A DNA stretch of 64,000 bases from Bacteroidota bacterium (GTDB lineage Bacteria; Bacteroidota; Bacteroidia; Bacteroidales; GCA-2748055): assembly GCA_051746185.1 (NCBI GenBank), contig JBNJEV010000007.1:26451-90450 (forward strand), read 5' to 3'. Position numbers and translations under genes: made by a program. Shown in pieces: positions 30,091 through 38,649 of the stretch. A model generated the notes under the pieces. It searched no databases, had not been told where the DNA came from, and worked only from the letters and a program-made list of their open reading frames with translations. Each line of letters opens with the position of its first letter. The stretch's first letter is position 1.

Positions 30091-30648
30091 TCATTTTTCC
30101 GTTTCCACCCGCAGCCGGATCCAGTGTTCCTTGAGCAGGGCAAAAAGATGTTCATCCAGCAGCTTTCCTTCCTTCATCACCGCCTTCCTGTGAATGGCTT
30201 CCCTGGTAAATCCGTTCTTTTCCAGCACCCTCATCGAGGGAGTGTTGTATTCATATATGGCGGCAAAAAGGCGAAGCCACCGGGTATGGGTAAAGGCGTA
30301 ATTCACCACCACGCCAACGGCATCCGATATGATCCCCATTCCCCAGAACGACTCCGACAACCAGTATCCCAGCTCGGCATTGAAACGGTAGACATCCTTC
30401 ATCCCGTGCAGCCCGATCCCCCCTGCCGCTTCACCGTTCACTTCAATGGCCAGGATCATGTCCGTTTTATTCTCCCTGACCATCTTCAGCCACTGTTCCG
30501 CATCCTTCAGTGTATAGGGATGGGGGAATCCGTCCCTGAGATTCCTGGCGATCCGGGGATTGTTGGCATGCACGGTAAGTGATCCGGCATCCTTCTGATC
30601 CCATGGCCGAAGCAGGAATTTCTCTCTCCGGATGGTGGGTAAATGCAT
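30091..30648 (-). CDS. GNAT family N-acetyltransferase (RimJ/RimL-like)
   Basis: 185 aa. LRPWDQKDAGSL..., GYWLSESFWGMGI and NTPSMRVLEKNGF motifs. Confidence 0.85.
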   Translation of the reverse strand: MHLPTIRREKFLLRPWDQKDAGSLTVHANNPRIARNLRDGFPHPYTLKDAEQWLKMVRENKTDMILAIEVNGEAAGGIGLHGMKDVYRFNAELGYWLSESFWGMGIISDAVGVVVNYAFTHTRWLRLFAAIYEYNTPSMRVLEKNGFTREAIHRKAVMKEGKLLDEHLFALLKEHWIRLRVETEK

Positions 30649-30715
30649 ATATTATGGATTTTCCACTAATTTTGCCCTGAAAATCACATTCTTTCAGGAA
30701 GACCCATACAAAGAT

Positions 30716-31339
30716 ATGTTCATTAAGCTATACGAACAAAATCCAGACCCGAGACAGGTGAACAGAGTAGTTCAATTGCTTGAACAGGGAGGCGTGATCA
30801 TCTATCCCACCGACACGGTCTACGGAATGGGCTGCAATATATTCAAGGCCAGGGCAGTGGAGCGTATCGCCCGGATCAAGGGGATCCGGCCGGACCGGGC
30901 CAGGTTTTCATTTATCTGTTCCGATCTGAGTCACCTTTCCGATTTTGCCAGGAGTGTCGACAACAGCACCTTCAAGCTGATGAAATCCACCCTTCCCGGT
31001 CCGTTCACCTTCATCCTGAATGCCAGCAGCCAGGTACCCAGGGCCATCAAACATCACCGCAGAACCGTGGGGATCCGGATCCCGGACAATCAGATCATCC
31101 TGGAGATTGTCAGAAAACTGGGCCATCCCATCCTTACCACCTCCCTGAAGGAAGATGACCGGATCCTGGAGTATCCTACCGATCCCGAGCTCATCTATGA
31201 CCAGTACAAAGATCTGGTGGATGCCGTCATCGACGGGGGATACGGCGGAGTGATCCCCTCCACGGTGGTGGACTGCACAGGGAATGAACCCGTGGTGATC
31301 AGGGAAGGACTGGGCGAACTGGATTACAGTGAAGAATGA
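30716..31339 (+). CDS. tsaC: L-threonylcarbamoyladenylate synthase (YrdC/TsaC domain)
   Basis: Track ORF 30632 trimmed to the ATG at 30716. GGVIIYPTDTVYGMGCN and GIRIPDN motifs. Confidence 0.85.
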   Translation: MFIKLYEQNPDPRQVNRVVQLLEQGGVIIYPTDTVYGMGCNIFKARAVERIARIKGIRPDRARFSFICSDLSHLSDFARSVDNSTFKLMKSTLPGPFTFILNASSQVPRAIKHHRRTVGIRIPDNQIILEIVRKLGHPILTTSLKEDDRILEYPTDPELIYDQYKDLVDAVIDGGYGGVIPSTVVDCTGNEPVVIREGLGELDYSEE

Positions 31340-31365
31340 CTCCGGTCAACTCGTGCAATGTTGCC

Positions 31366-32814
31366 TCACTTCTTCCAGAAAAGGGGTGAGAACAGGACCA
31401 GCACGGTAAACAGCTCCAGTCTTCCCACCAGCATCAGGAAAGAAAGGAACCACTTCCCCGCCACGTGGATATCGGCATAATTCAAAGCCGGACCCACCCC
31501 GCCTATTCCCGGCCCGATGTTCCCCAGGGTGGCAGCCACTGAACCCAGAGCCGTGTTCAGGTCACATCCCAGCATGGACATAATGGCAAAGGAGATCATG
31601 GCGATCACGGCATAAAAAGCCAGAAATGCCAGCACATTGGTAACGATCCGTTCCCCCACTGCCGATTTGTTCAACCTGACCGGGATCACCGCATTGGGAT
31701 GGATCATGCGTTTCAGTTCCTGGGTGCTGTTCTTCAGGAGGATCACGATCCGCATGATCTTGGGACCGCCGCCTGTGGATCCTGCCGAGCCCCCGAAAAA
31801 CATGATGATGAAAATGATCACCACCAGTGCCGGGGTCCAGGCCAGATAATCTGCAGTGGTGTAGCCTGTGGTGGTCAAAATGGAAACCACCTGAAACAGC
31901 CCGTTGCGGAATGATCCCTCGGGTCCCGTCCCGGAAGTAAGGTACAGGCCGGTGGAGACCAGAAGGGTGAATCCTGCAATAAATCCTGCATACCATCTGA
32001 ACTCCTCGTTGGTCCACACCTTTTTGAAACGGCCATGGATGGCAAAATAGGAAAGGGTGAAATTGGTACCCGCAAGGAACATAAAAAAGGTGATGACATA
32101 ATGGATATAGGGAGAATCCCAGTAACCGATGCCGGCCTGTTTGGTGGAATACCCTCCGGTGGCCATGGTGGTAAAGGAGTGGCAGAGTGCGTCGAAGAGC
32201 CCCATTTGTCCCGCCCAGAGCAACAGGGTTTCACTGAGGGTGAAAACGGCATAGATGATCCACAGGCGCTTGGCCGTATCCCTCACATGGGGATGCAGTT
32301 TATCCGGGGTGGGACCGGGAACCTCGGCTGTAAAAAGCTGCATCCCTCCGATTCCCAGAAAAGGCATAATGATCAGGGTCAGCAGGATGATCCCCATGCC
32401 TCCCAGCCACTGGATCAGACTTCTCCAGAAAAGGATCCCGTGGGAAAGATCCTCAATATTGTTGAGCACGGTAGCTCCCGTGGTGGTAAATCCGGAGATG
32501 GTCTCGAAAAACGCATCTGTGAAATCCGGGATTGAACCGGTCAACAGGAACGGGAGGGTCCCGAAAAGGGAAAAAAGGAACCAGCTTCCGGTAACGATCA
32601 TGTATCCGTCCCGGCGGTCGATATTCAGTGAGGCCTTCCTGGAAGAGACATAGGCAATCAATCCGACCCCCGCGGTAATGGCTCCTGAAAGAAGGAAATG
32701 AAGGCTCTCCTTTTCCCTGAAAATGAGTGAGACCGGAATGGACAGCCACATGAAAAATCCCTCTGTGAGCAGGATGAATCCAAGTATGCGGATGATGATC
32801 CGGGGATTGATCAT
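31366..32814 (-). CDS. trkH: TrkH family potassium uptake protein
   Basis: 482 aa polytopic membrane protein. TTTGATV, TMATGGYST, LTTTGYTT and LGNIGPG resemble selectivity-filter repeats. Confidence 0.9.
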   Translation of the reverse strand: MINPRIIIRILGFILLTEGFFMWLSIPVSLIFREKESLHFLLSGAITAGVGLIAYVSSRKASLNIDRRDGYMIVTGSWFLFSLFGTLPFLLTGSIPDFTDAFFETISGFTTTGATVLNNIEDLSHGILFWRSLIQWLGGMGIILLTLIIMPFLGIGGMQLFTAEVPGPTPDKLHPHVRDTAKRLWIIYAVFTLSETLLLWAGQMGLFDALCHSFTTMATGGYSTKQAGIGYWDSPYIHYVITFFMFLAGTNFTLSYFAIHGRFKKVWTNEEFRWYAGFIAGFTLLVSTGLYLTSGTGPEGSFRNGLFQVVSILTTTGYTTADYLAWTPALVVIIFIIMFFGGSAGSTGGGPKIMRIVILLKNSTQELKRMIHPNAVIPVRLNKSAVGERIVTNVLAFLAFYAVIAMISFAIMSMLGCDLNTALGSVAATLGNIGPGIGGVGPALNYADIHVAGKWFLSFLMLVGRLELFTVLVLFSPLFWKK

Positions 32815-32822
32815 GGTTGTTT

Positions 32823-34163
32823 TCAGTTGAAGAACCTGCCGATGGAATGGATCACCCCCGGCAGGGCAAAGACGATCACCCGGTCATAGGGCTTGATCTG
32901 TGTATCACCCTGGGCGATGAAGGCATTTTTCCCCCTGATCACCCCACCGATAATGGCCTCCCTGGGAAATTCAATTTCAGCAAGGGTTCCTTCGGTGGCG
33001 GGGGCATCCGGTTTGACCATATATTCCATCACCTCGGCCTCGGTCCCGGTCAGGCACTTGATGCTCGAAACCTCTTCCGACATGGTAAATCTGAAGATCC
33101 GGCTGGCGGTGATCAATTTTTTATTGATGATCGTATCCACACCGATATTCTCGGCAAGCTGAATATAATCCATGTTTTCCACCTCGGCAATGGTCCTTTT
33201 CACTCCCATTTGCTTGGCCAGCAAAGAGGAAAGAATGTTGGTCTCCGAATTCCCGGTCACCGCGATAAATGCATCCATCTTATTCAGTCCCTCATGTCTG
33301 AGCAAGTCCAGATCGGTCCCGTCGCCATTGATTACCAGGGTATTGTTCAGCATGTTGGAAAGCTTGTAGCTTTTCTGGCGGTCGATTTCGATCAGTTTTA
33401 CGTAATGCTGGTTTCCCAGTGAGTCGGCTGTTTTCCATCCGATCCTGCTACCTCCCAGGATCATAATGTTCCTGACCTCGAACTGTTTTTTTCCTGAATA
33501 CTTGTAAAGCTCTTTCAGGCCGGCCTTGCTGGAGATCACATAGACCATGTCATCCACCTCGAAGCGGTCATCCCCCGACGGGATCAGTGTATGTCCGCGC
33601 CGTGTAATGGCCACAGCCCGGTACTGAAAACCATTGTTCCCGGGGGCCAGCTCCCGCAGTGTTTTATTGATGATGGGAGCATCCTGGTCCAGCCTGATCA
33701 CATACATGTGCAGCTTCCCTCCTGAGAATTCCACCACTTCAGTGCTTCCCGTCTCAGAGAGCAGTCCCTCGATCTCTCTGGCGGCAATCTTCTCAGGATA
33801 GATCATGTAATCCACCCCCAGGCCGTCGAATATCTCCCTGTTGGAAGGAAGCATATATTCCTGGTTATCGATCCTGGCAATGGTCTTTTTGACACCAAGT
33901 CTTTTGCTGAGGATGGCCGAGTTGACATTCACATCTTCCGAATAGGTAACTCCGATATACAGGTCGGCCTTGCCGATTTTGGCTTCCTTCAGATGGGTGA
34001 TGGAATTGGCGTTCCCTTCAATGGTCAGCACATCCATGGCACTGCCCACTGCCCTGAGGCGATCCTGGTCGTTATCGATTACCACCAGATCATGCTCCTC
34101 GCTGTTCAACATCTTTGCAAGATGTGTCCCCACTTCACCCGCCCCGGCTATTACAATACGCAT
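32823..34163 (-). CDS. trkA: Trk system potassium uptake protein TrkA (two RCK/NAD-binding modules)
   Basis: Track ORF trimmed to the ATG at 34163. MRIVIAGAGEVGTHLAKML and a second ILGGSRIG Rossmann motif. Confidence 0.9.
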   Translation of the reverse strand: MRIVIAGAGEVGTHLAKMLNSEEHDLVVIDNDQDRLRAVGSAMDVLTIEGNANSITHLKEAKIGKADLYIGVTYSEDVNVNSAILSKRLGVKKTIARIDNQEYMLPSNREIFDGLGVDYMIYPEKIAAREIEGLLSETGSTEVVEFSGGKLHMYVIRLDQDAPIINKTLRELAPGNNGFQYRAVAITRRGHTLIPSGDDRFEVDDMVYVISSKAGLKELYKYSGKKQFEVRNIMILGGSRIGWKTADSLGNQHYVKLIEIDRQKSYKLSNMLNNTLVINGDGTDLDLLRHEGLNKMDAFIAVTGNSETNILSSLLAKQMGVKRTIAEVENMDYIQLAENIGVDTIINKKLITASRIFRFTMSEEVSSIKCLTGTEAEVMEYMVKPDAPATEGTLAEIEFPREAIIGGVIRGKNAFIAQGDTQIKPYDRVIVFALPGVIHSIGRFFN

Positions 34164-34232
34164 ATTGAAATGAAAATTTCCACCGCAAAATAACGTATAA
34201 TTGTCCAAATGTACGAACGGATCATTCTTTTT

Positions 34233-36353
34233 TTACCATCTTTCCGAGTAGGCTCCCCTGCGGAGGGTCTCATGCAGCTGTCCCCGGTCCGGACCCAGGC
34301 CTTCTGCAAAAAGGTGACTGTTGGATCCATCCACGATTACAAGCGTTCCGGGCGACAGAAGATCCTCAATCCGGGAGGCGACATCCGGTTCACCGCTGAG
34401 AAGGATGAAATCCCATTTTCTTCCCCTCAGCAGCGGCACATTTGCCGGTTTGAACAACCCCGACAGGACCAGTCCCCTGATCCGGTCATTTCCTGCCAGC
34501 CAGGCTCCCCTGCAGAGAGGCCTGCAGGCAGACACCACTCCCTCTCCGGATCCGGAAACAGATTCTTCCCTGCATCCTGAACCGTTCTGGTGGAAGGTTG
34601 CGGAACCGTAAAACCGGTAACTCCAGCTCTTTTCCATATAACGTACCATACGGTCAGCCACCCGGGGATTTCCGGTCCATATATAACTTTCCACACATGC
34701 ACCTTCCCTGAATATCAACAGACTGCCACCGTAAAAATGCGCTGCCACGAATTCCGAAGAATGGCAGGTTTGATAACGGGACCAGGAATTCCGGCCGAGG
34801 ATGAGCACCAGTTGGGCCATCAGCAGGTACCTGAACAGGTTCCGGCGGTCATGGAGGATCGAAATGACCAGCACGATCAGCATCATCAGCAACAGCATCC
34901 CTGTCCGGTCCATATACAGATTACCGATCACCGAACCGGGCAGGGATCCGATGAATGACACGGTATGGTTCAGTACAGCACCGAGTTTTGTAAGCGGCCA
35001 GCTGAGCAGCCCGGTGCATATTCCGGCTGCATAAAACGGTGTGGAGATCACAAACACACCGATAATACAGCTGAGCAGGGGAACGGCTACCAGACTGGTG
35101 ATGATGGCATAGGCAGGCAACTGGTGAAAATAGTGAATGATCAGCGGAAAGGTAGCCACCTGTGCCGCGATGCTGACCCCCGTGGCATCCCGGATCCATT
35201 GGATGATTCTGTTTCGTGAACGGATCAGCCTTCTGAAAACAGGCTGAATGGTGACGATCCCCAAAACAGCGGAATAGGAGAGCTGGAATCCCACATCCAG
35301 GATCCTGCCGGGGTCCAGCACGATCAGCAGAAATGCCGACACGAGGATCGCGTTCAGTGTGCTGCTGCGCTGATCCAGCATCCGGCCCAGTGTGATCAGG
35401 GAGAACATGGTCACGGACCTGCAGACCGATGAGGAAAAACCTGTGACCCAGGCATACATCCAGAGGATCATGAAAATCAGCATGGTTCTGAAAACCTCTC
35501 TGCGGGTGAGCCGGGTCAACATCGAAAAAGCATGGAAAAGTACCCACCAGATCAAACCCACATGCAGACCGGAAACGGCCAGGATATGCATCCCTCCGGC
35601 GTGGGAAAAATCATATTCCATCTCAGGGGTCAGTCCCGACCGGTCCCCGAGACACAGCGCCTTCAAAAGAGAGAGCTCCTCAGACCTGCCTTTCCATCGG
35701 CTTGAAATGGCCCTGCGGAGATCCCTACTCCCCGGCCAGATTCCGTCATCCCTCTCCACCGGCAGGTTCACCTCCGGCAGGTCTTCTGCATAGAACCTGT
35801 ACCAGCATTTTTTTCTCCGCAGGATCTTTTCATAGTCCGGATCTCCCGGATTTCCGCTGTTGCGGATGGGAGACAACTCTCCGAAGAACCGCCAGGTCTC
35901 ACCGCATGCCGGCAGCAGTGAATCGGGGGGCATTTCCATATAGAGCTTTACAACCGTACCGGTCAGAAAACAGCTATCCCCGGAAACAACCACCCGGACA
36001 TGCATTTCGGCCATCCAGGCCCGGTTCACCGGACGGGGATCTGCCAGAATGTCCCCCCTGACCACCACCTTTTTGTTTTGCGGCAGTTGTGGGTCCACAG
36101 GTTCCGAAAGCGCTGCCGTTCCATATCCTGCCAGCAGATAAAAAATAAATGCGGTGATGCAGAAAACACCGGAAAACAATGGCCTGTTGATCCATGAAAA
36201 CCGGTAAGCTGCCACCAGAAGTATCCACAGAATGCAGGTAAGGATCAACACCATATGGATGCCTGCCGGCAAAAAGGACCGGATCCCCGGCAGGGAGGCC
36301 GCTGTAAAAGGGATCAGGATCCTGAGTACAGGAACCCTCTTCAGCTCGATCAT
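34233..36353 (-). CDS. comEC: ComEC/Rec2 family DNA internalization-related membrane protein
   Basis: 706 aa. N-terminal OB/DUF4131-like region and a polytopic competence domain (FSHAGGMHILAVSGLHVG). The C-terminal ~190 aa has no HxHxDH metallo-beta-lactamase motif. Confidence 0.85.
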   Translation of the reverse strand: MIELKRVPVLRILIPFTAASLPGIRSFLPAGIHMVLILTCILWILLVAAYRFSWINRPLFSGVFCITAFIFYLLAGYGTAALSEPVDPQLPQNKKVVVRGDILADPRPVNRAWMAEMHVRVVVSGDSCFLTGTVVKLYMEMPPDSLLPACGETWRFFGELSPIRNSGNPGDPDYEKILRRKKCWYRFYAEDLPEVNLPVERDDGIWPGSRDLRRAISSRWKGRSEELSLLKALCLGDRSGLTPEMEYDFSHAGGMHILAVSGLHVGLIWWVLFHAFSMLTRLTRREVFRTMLIFMILWMYAWVTGFSSSVCRSVTMFSLITLGRMLDQRSSTLNAILVSAFLLIVLDPGRILDVGFQLSYSAVLGIVTIQPVFRRLIRSRNRIIQWIRDATGVSIAAQVATFPLIIHYFHQLPAYAIITSLVAVPLLSCIIGVFVISTPFYAAGICTGLLSWPLTKLGAVLNHTVSFIGSLPGSVIGNLYMDRTGMLLLMMLIVLVISILHDRRNLFRYLLMAQLVLILGRNSWSRYQTCHSSEFVAAHFYGGSLLIFREGACVESYIWTGNPRVADRMVRYMEKSWSYRFYGSATFHQNGSGCREESVSGSGEGVVSACRPLCRGAWLAGNDRIRGLVLSGLFKPANVPLLRGRKWDFILLSGEPDVASRIEDLLSPGTLVIVDGSNSHLFAEGLGPDRGQLHETLRRGAYSERW

Positions 36354-36489
36354 GGAATTAGGTTATCCCTTTTTCATTTTAATGGCTTTCCGTCAGATTT
36401 ATCTGTTATTCTTTTCAACTTTCTTTGAACTTTTACCGGGTTCTGTTAGTTTTATATACAGAATAATAAAAACCCTAATAAAAACGCAG

Positions 36490-37497
36490 ATGTCAAAACT
36501 TTCAACGCAACACATGGGGATTCAACTGAAAAACCCCCTGATCCTGGGTGCCAGCAACATGGTAACCAACATCGATAAAATGAAACAGGCAGAAGAAGCA
36601 GGGATCGCTGCCATTGTATACCGGTCTTTGTTCGAGGAGCAGATTCAGCTGGAGGACTATGAGATGGGCAGCCAGATGGAAGCTTATGATGAACGCCATG
36701 CCGAAATGATCGATATCTTTCCTGAATTCGAACACGGCGGACCCAAGGAATATTTGTATAACCTGAAAGAAGTAAAAAACGCCCTTTCGGTACCCGTGAT
36801 CGCCAGCCTGAATGCCGTATATAAGGAAACCTGGGTAGAATATGCCAAACAGATCGAAGAAACCGGGGTGGATGGTCTGGAACTCAATTTTTTTGCGGTT
36901 CCCCGTGAATTTGACAGATTAGGGCAGGATATTGTAAAAGAGCAGATTGAGGTTTTGAAATCCGTGAAATCTGCCGTGAAGTTCCCGGTGAGCGTCAAAC
37001 TGAGCTCCTTTTATACCAACATCCTGAAAGTGGTCAAAGAATTCGACGATGCGGGAGCGGATGCGTTTATCCTGTTCAACAGGCTGTTCGAGCCCGACAT
37101 CGATGTGGAGTCCGAAAAACACATTTCCCCCTGGAATTTAAGTACCCCCGCCGACCACAGGCTTTCCATCAGGTATGCCGGTCTGCTGTATGATCAGATC
37201 AAAGCCAATGTGGCAGCCAACAACGGGATCTATGAAGGAGGTGATGTGGTGAAGATGATCCTTGCCGGAGCTACAGCCGTCCAGTGTGTCAGTACTTTCT
37301 ATCACAACGGACTCAAGCACATCGGGACCATGCTGAAGGAGATGGAATCGTGGATGGACAAAAAAGGGTATGATTCCATCGAATCTTTCAGGGGAAAGCT
37401 GAGCAAAAAAGCCACCAACGATCCCTTTGTCTACAAGCGCGCCCAGTATATTGACCTGCTCCTCAAATCAGAAGAGCTGTTCAAGCCGAAGGTCTGA
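36490..37497 (+). CDS. Dihydroorotate dehydrogenase-like TIM-barrel flavoprotein
   Basis: Track ORF 36232 trimmed to the ATG at 36490. MGIQLKNPLILGASNM, VDGLELNF and NNGIYEGGDVVKMILAGATAVQ fit the DHOD/DHPD family. The exact activity is not assignable. Confidence 0.7.
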   Translation: MSKLSTQHMGIQLKNPLILGASNMVTNIDKMKQAEEAGIAAIVYRSLFEEQIQLEDYEMGSQMEAYDERHAEMIDIFPEFEHGGPKEYLYNLKEVKNALSVPVIASLNAVYKETWVEYAKQIEETGVDGLELNFFAVPREFDRLGQDIVKEQIEVLKSVKSAVKFPVSVKLSSFYTNILKVVKEFDDAGADAFILFNRLFEPDIDVESEKHISPWNLSTPADHRLSIRYAGLLYDQIKANVAANNGIYEGGDVVKMILAGATAVQCVSTFYHNGLKHIGTMLKEMESWMDKKGYDSIESFRGKLSKKATNDPFVYKRAQYIDLLLKSEELFKPKV

Positions 37498-37512
37498 GCT
37501 TTTAAGGCAGTC

Positions 37513-38079
37513 CTATTTCTTTTTTGGATAGATGATCTGGTAATCGCTGTCAACTTTTCCTTTGCTGATATTTTTCAGGCCGGAGGAGATCAGTTTCCTG
37601 CGGATGGGATTGATCTTATCGATGAACAGGATCCCTTCCAGGTGGTCATATTCATGCTGGATGACCCGGGCCCTGATCCCCTCGTACTCCTCCTCTTTCA
37701 GGTTCCAGTTCTCGTCATAATATTCGACCCGCACCCTGAAGGGTCTGGGAACATCTTCCCTGATGCCCGGAATGCTCAGGCAGCCTTCCTCAAGGGACTC
37801 CATATCCCCTGACCGGTCCACGATAATGGGGTTGATGAAGGCCTTTTTAAAATCCTTCAGTTCCGGATGCTCCCCATTGTCGCCCAGGGGCGAGGTATCC
37901 ACGACAAACAGACGCATTGATTTGCCCACCTGGGGCGCTGCAAGCCCGATCCCGTCGCTGGCCCTCATGGTTTCGAACATATCCCCGATCAACTGGTCCA
38001 GATTTTCTGTATCCTCGGGAATTTCATCGGCCTTCCTCCGCAGCACCGACATTCCGTACACATATACAGGTAGTTTCAT
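37513..38079 (-). CDS. def: Peptide deformylase
   Basis: Track ORF trimmed to the ATG at 38079. GIGLAAPQVG, EGCLSIPG and QHEYDHLEG motifs. Confidence 0.9.
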   Translation of the reverse strand: MKLPVYVYGMSVLRRKADEIPEDTENLDQLIGDMFETMRASDGIGLAAPQVGKSMRLFVVDTSPLGDNGEHPELKDFKKAFINPIIVDRSGDMESLEEGCLSIPGIREDVPRPFRVRVEYYDENWNLKEEEYEGIRARVIQHEYDHLEGILFIDKINPIRRKLISSGLKNISKGKVDSDYQIIYPKKK

Positions 38080-38115
38080 GATAAACGAATGCTTAACTAA
38101 TCTAAATAACAATGA

Positions 38116-38538
38116 TCATGAAGGTTTGTTTTGTCCCTCCAGATAGGTTTGCAAAATGATTGCGGCGCTGATCTTGTCCACATTCCCCTTGTTTTTCCGC
38201 TGACCTTTTTTCATTCCCCCTGCGATCATGGCATCCATAGCCATCCGGGAAGTGAACCTTTCATCCACCCATTTTACCGGAACCTCCCCGAACCGCTTAC
38301 AGAATGCCTCCACAAAGAACCTGATCTGCCTGAGCGATGCTGAATCTGAAGCATCCATCTGCTTCGGCTCTCCCACCACCAGCAGGTCCACCTCCTCCTT
38401 TTTCATGTATGAGGCAAGAAAATCCATCAGCTGATGGGTCGGGACCGTTTCCAGGGGTGAGGCGATCATCTGCAACGGATCTGTTACAGCGATCCCCGTT
38501 CTCTTTGATCCGTAATCGATGGCTACGATCCTTCCCAT
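38116..38538 (-). CDS. ruvX: Holliday junction resolvase-like nuclease RuvX/YqgF
   Basis: 140 aa. GRIVAIDYGSKRTGIAVTD and DERFTS motifs. Confidence 0.9.
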   Translation of the reverse strand: MGRIVAIDYGSKRTGIAVTDPLQMIASPLETVPTHQLMDFLASYMKKEEVDLLVVGEPKQMDASDSASLRQIRFFVEAFCKRFGEVPVKWVDERFTSRMAMDAMIAGGMKKGQRKNKGNVDKISAAIILQTYLEGQNKPS

Positions 38539-38590
38539 TTTGTTGGCAATGGAGGCACAAATTTAATCATAATTCCTTGATCTCCCCATA

Positions 38591-38627
38591 GAAAAGCCGG
38601 AGGCCATCCATGCGGGACAGCCTCCGG
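38591..38627 (-). terminator. Putative terminator downstream of PFOR
   Basis: Minus strand: CCGGAGGC-N15-GCCTCCGG followed by CTTTTCT, 22 nt after the nifJ stop. Confidence 0.5.
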
Positions 38628-38649
38628 AATGATCGATTGAGTGATCTTG

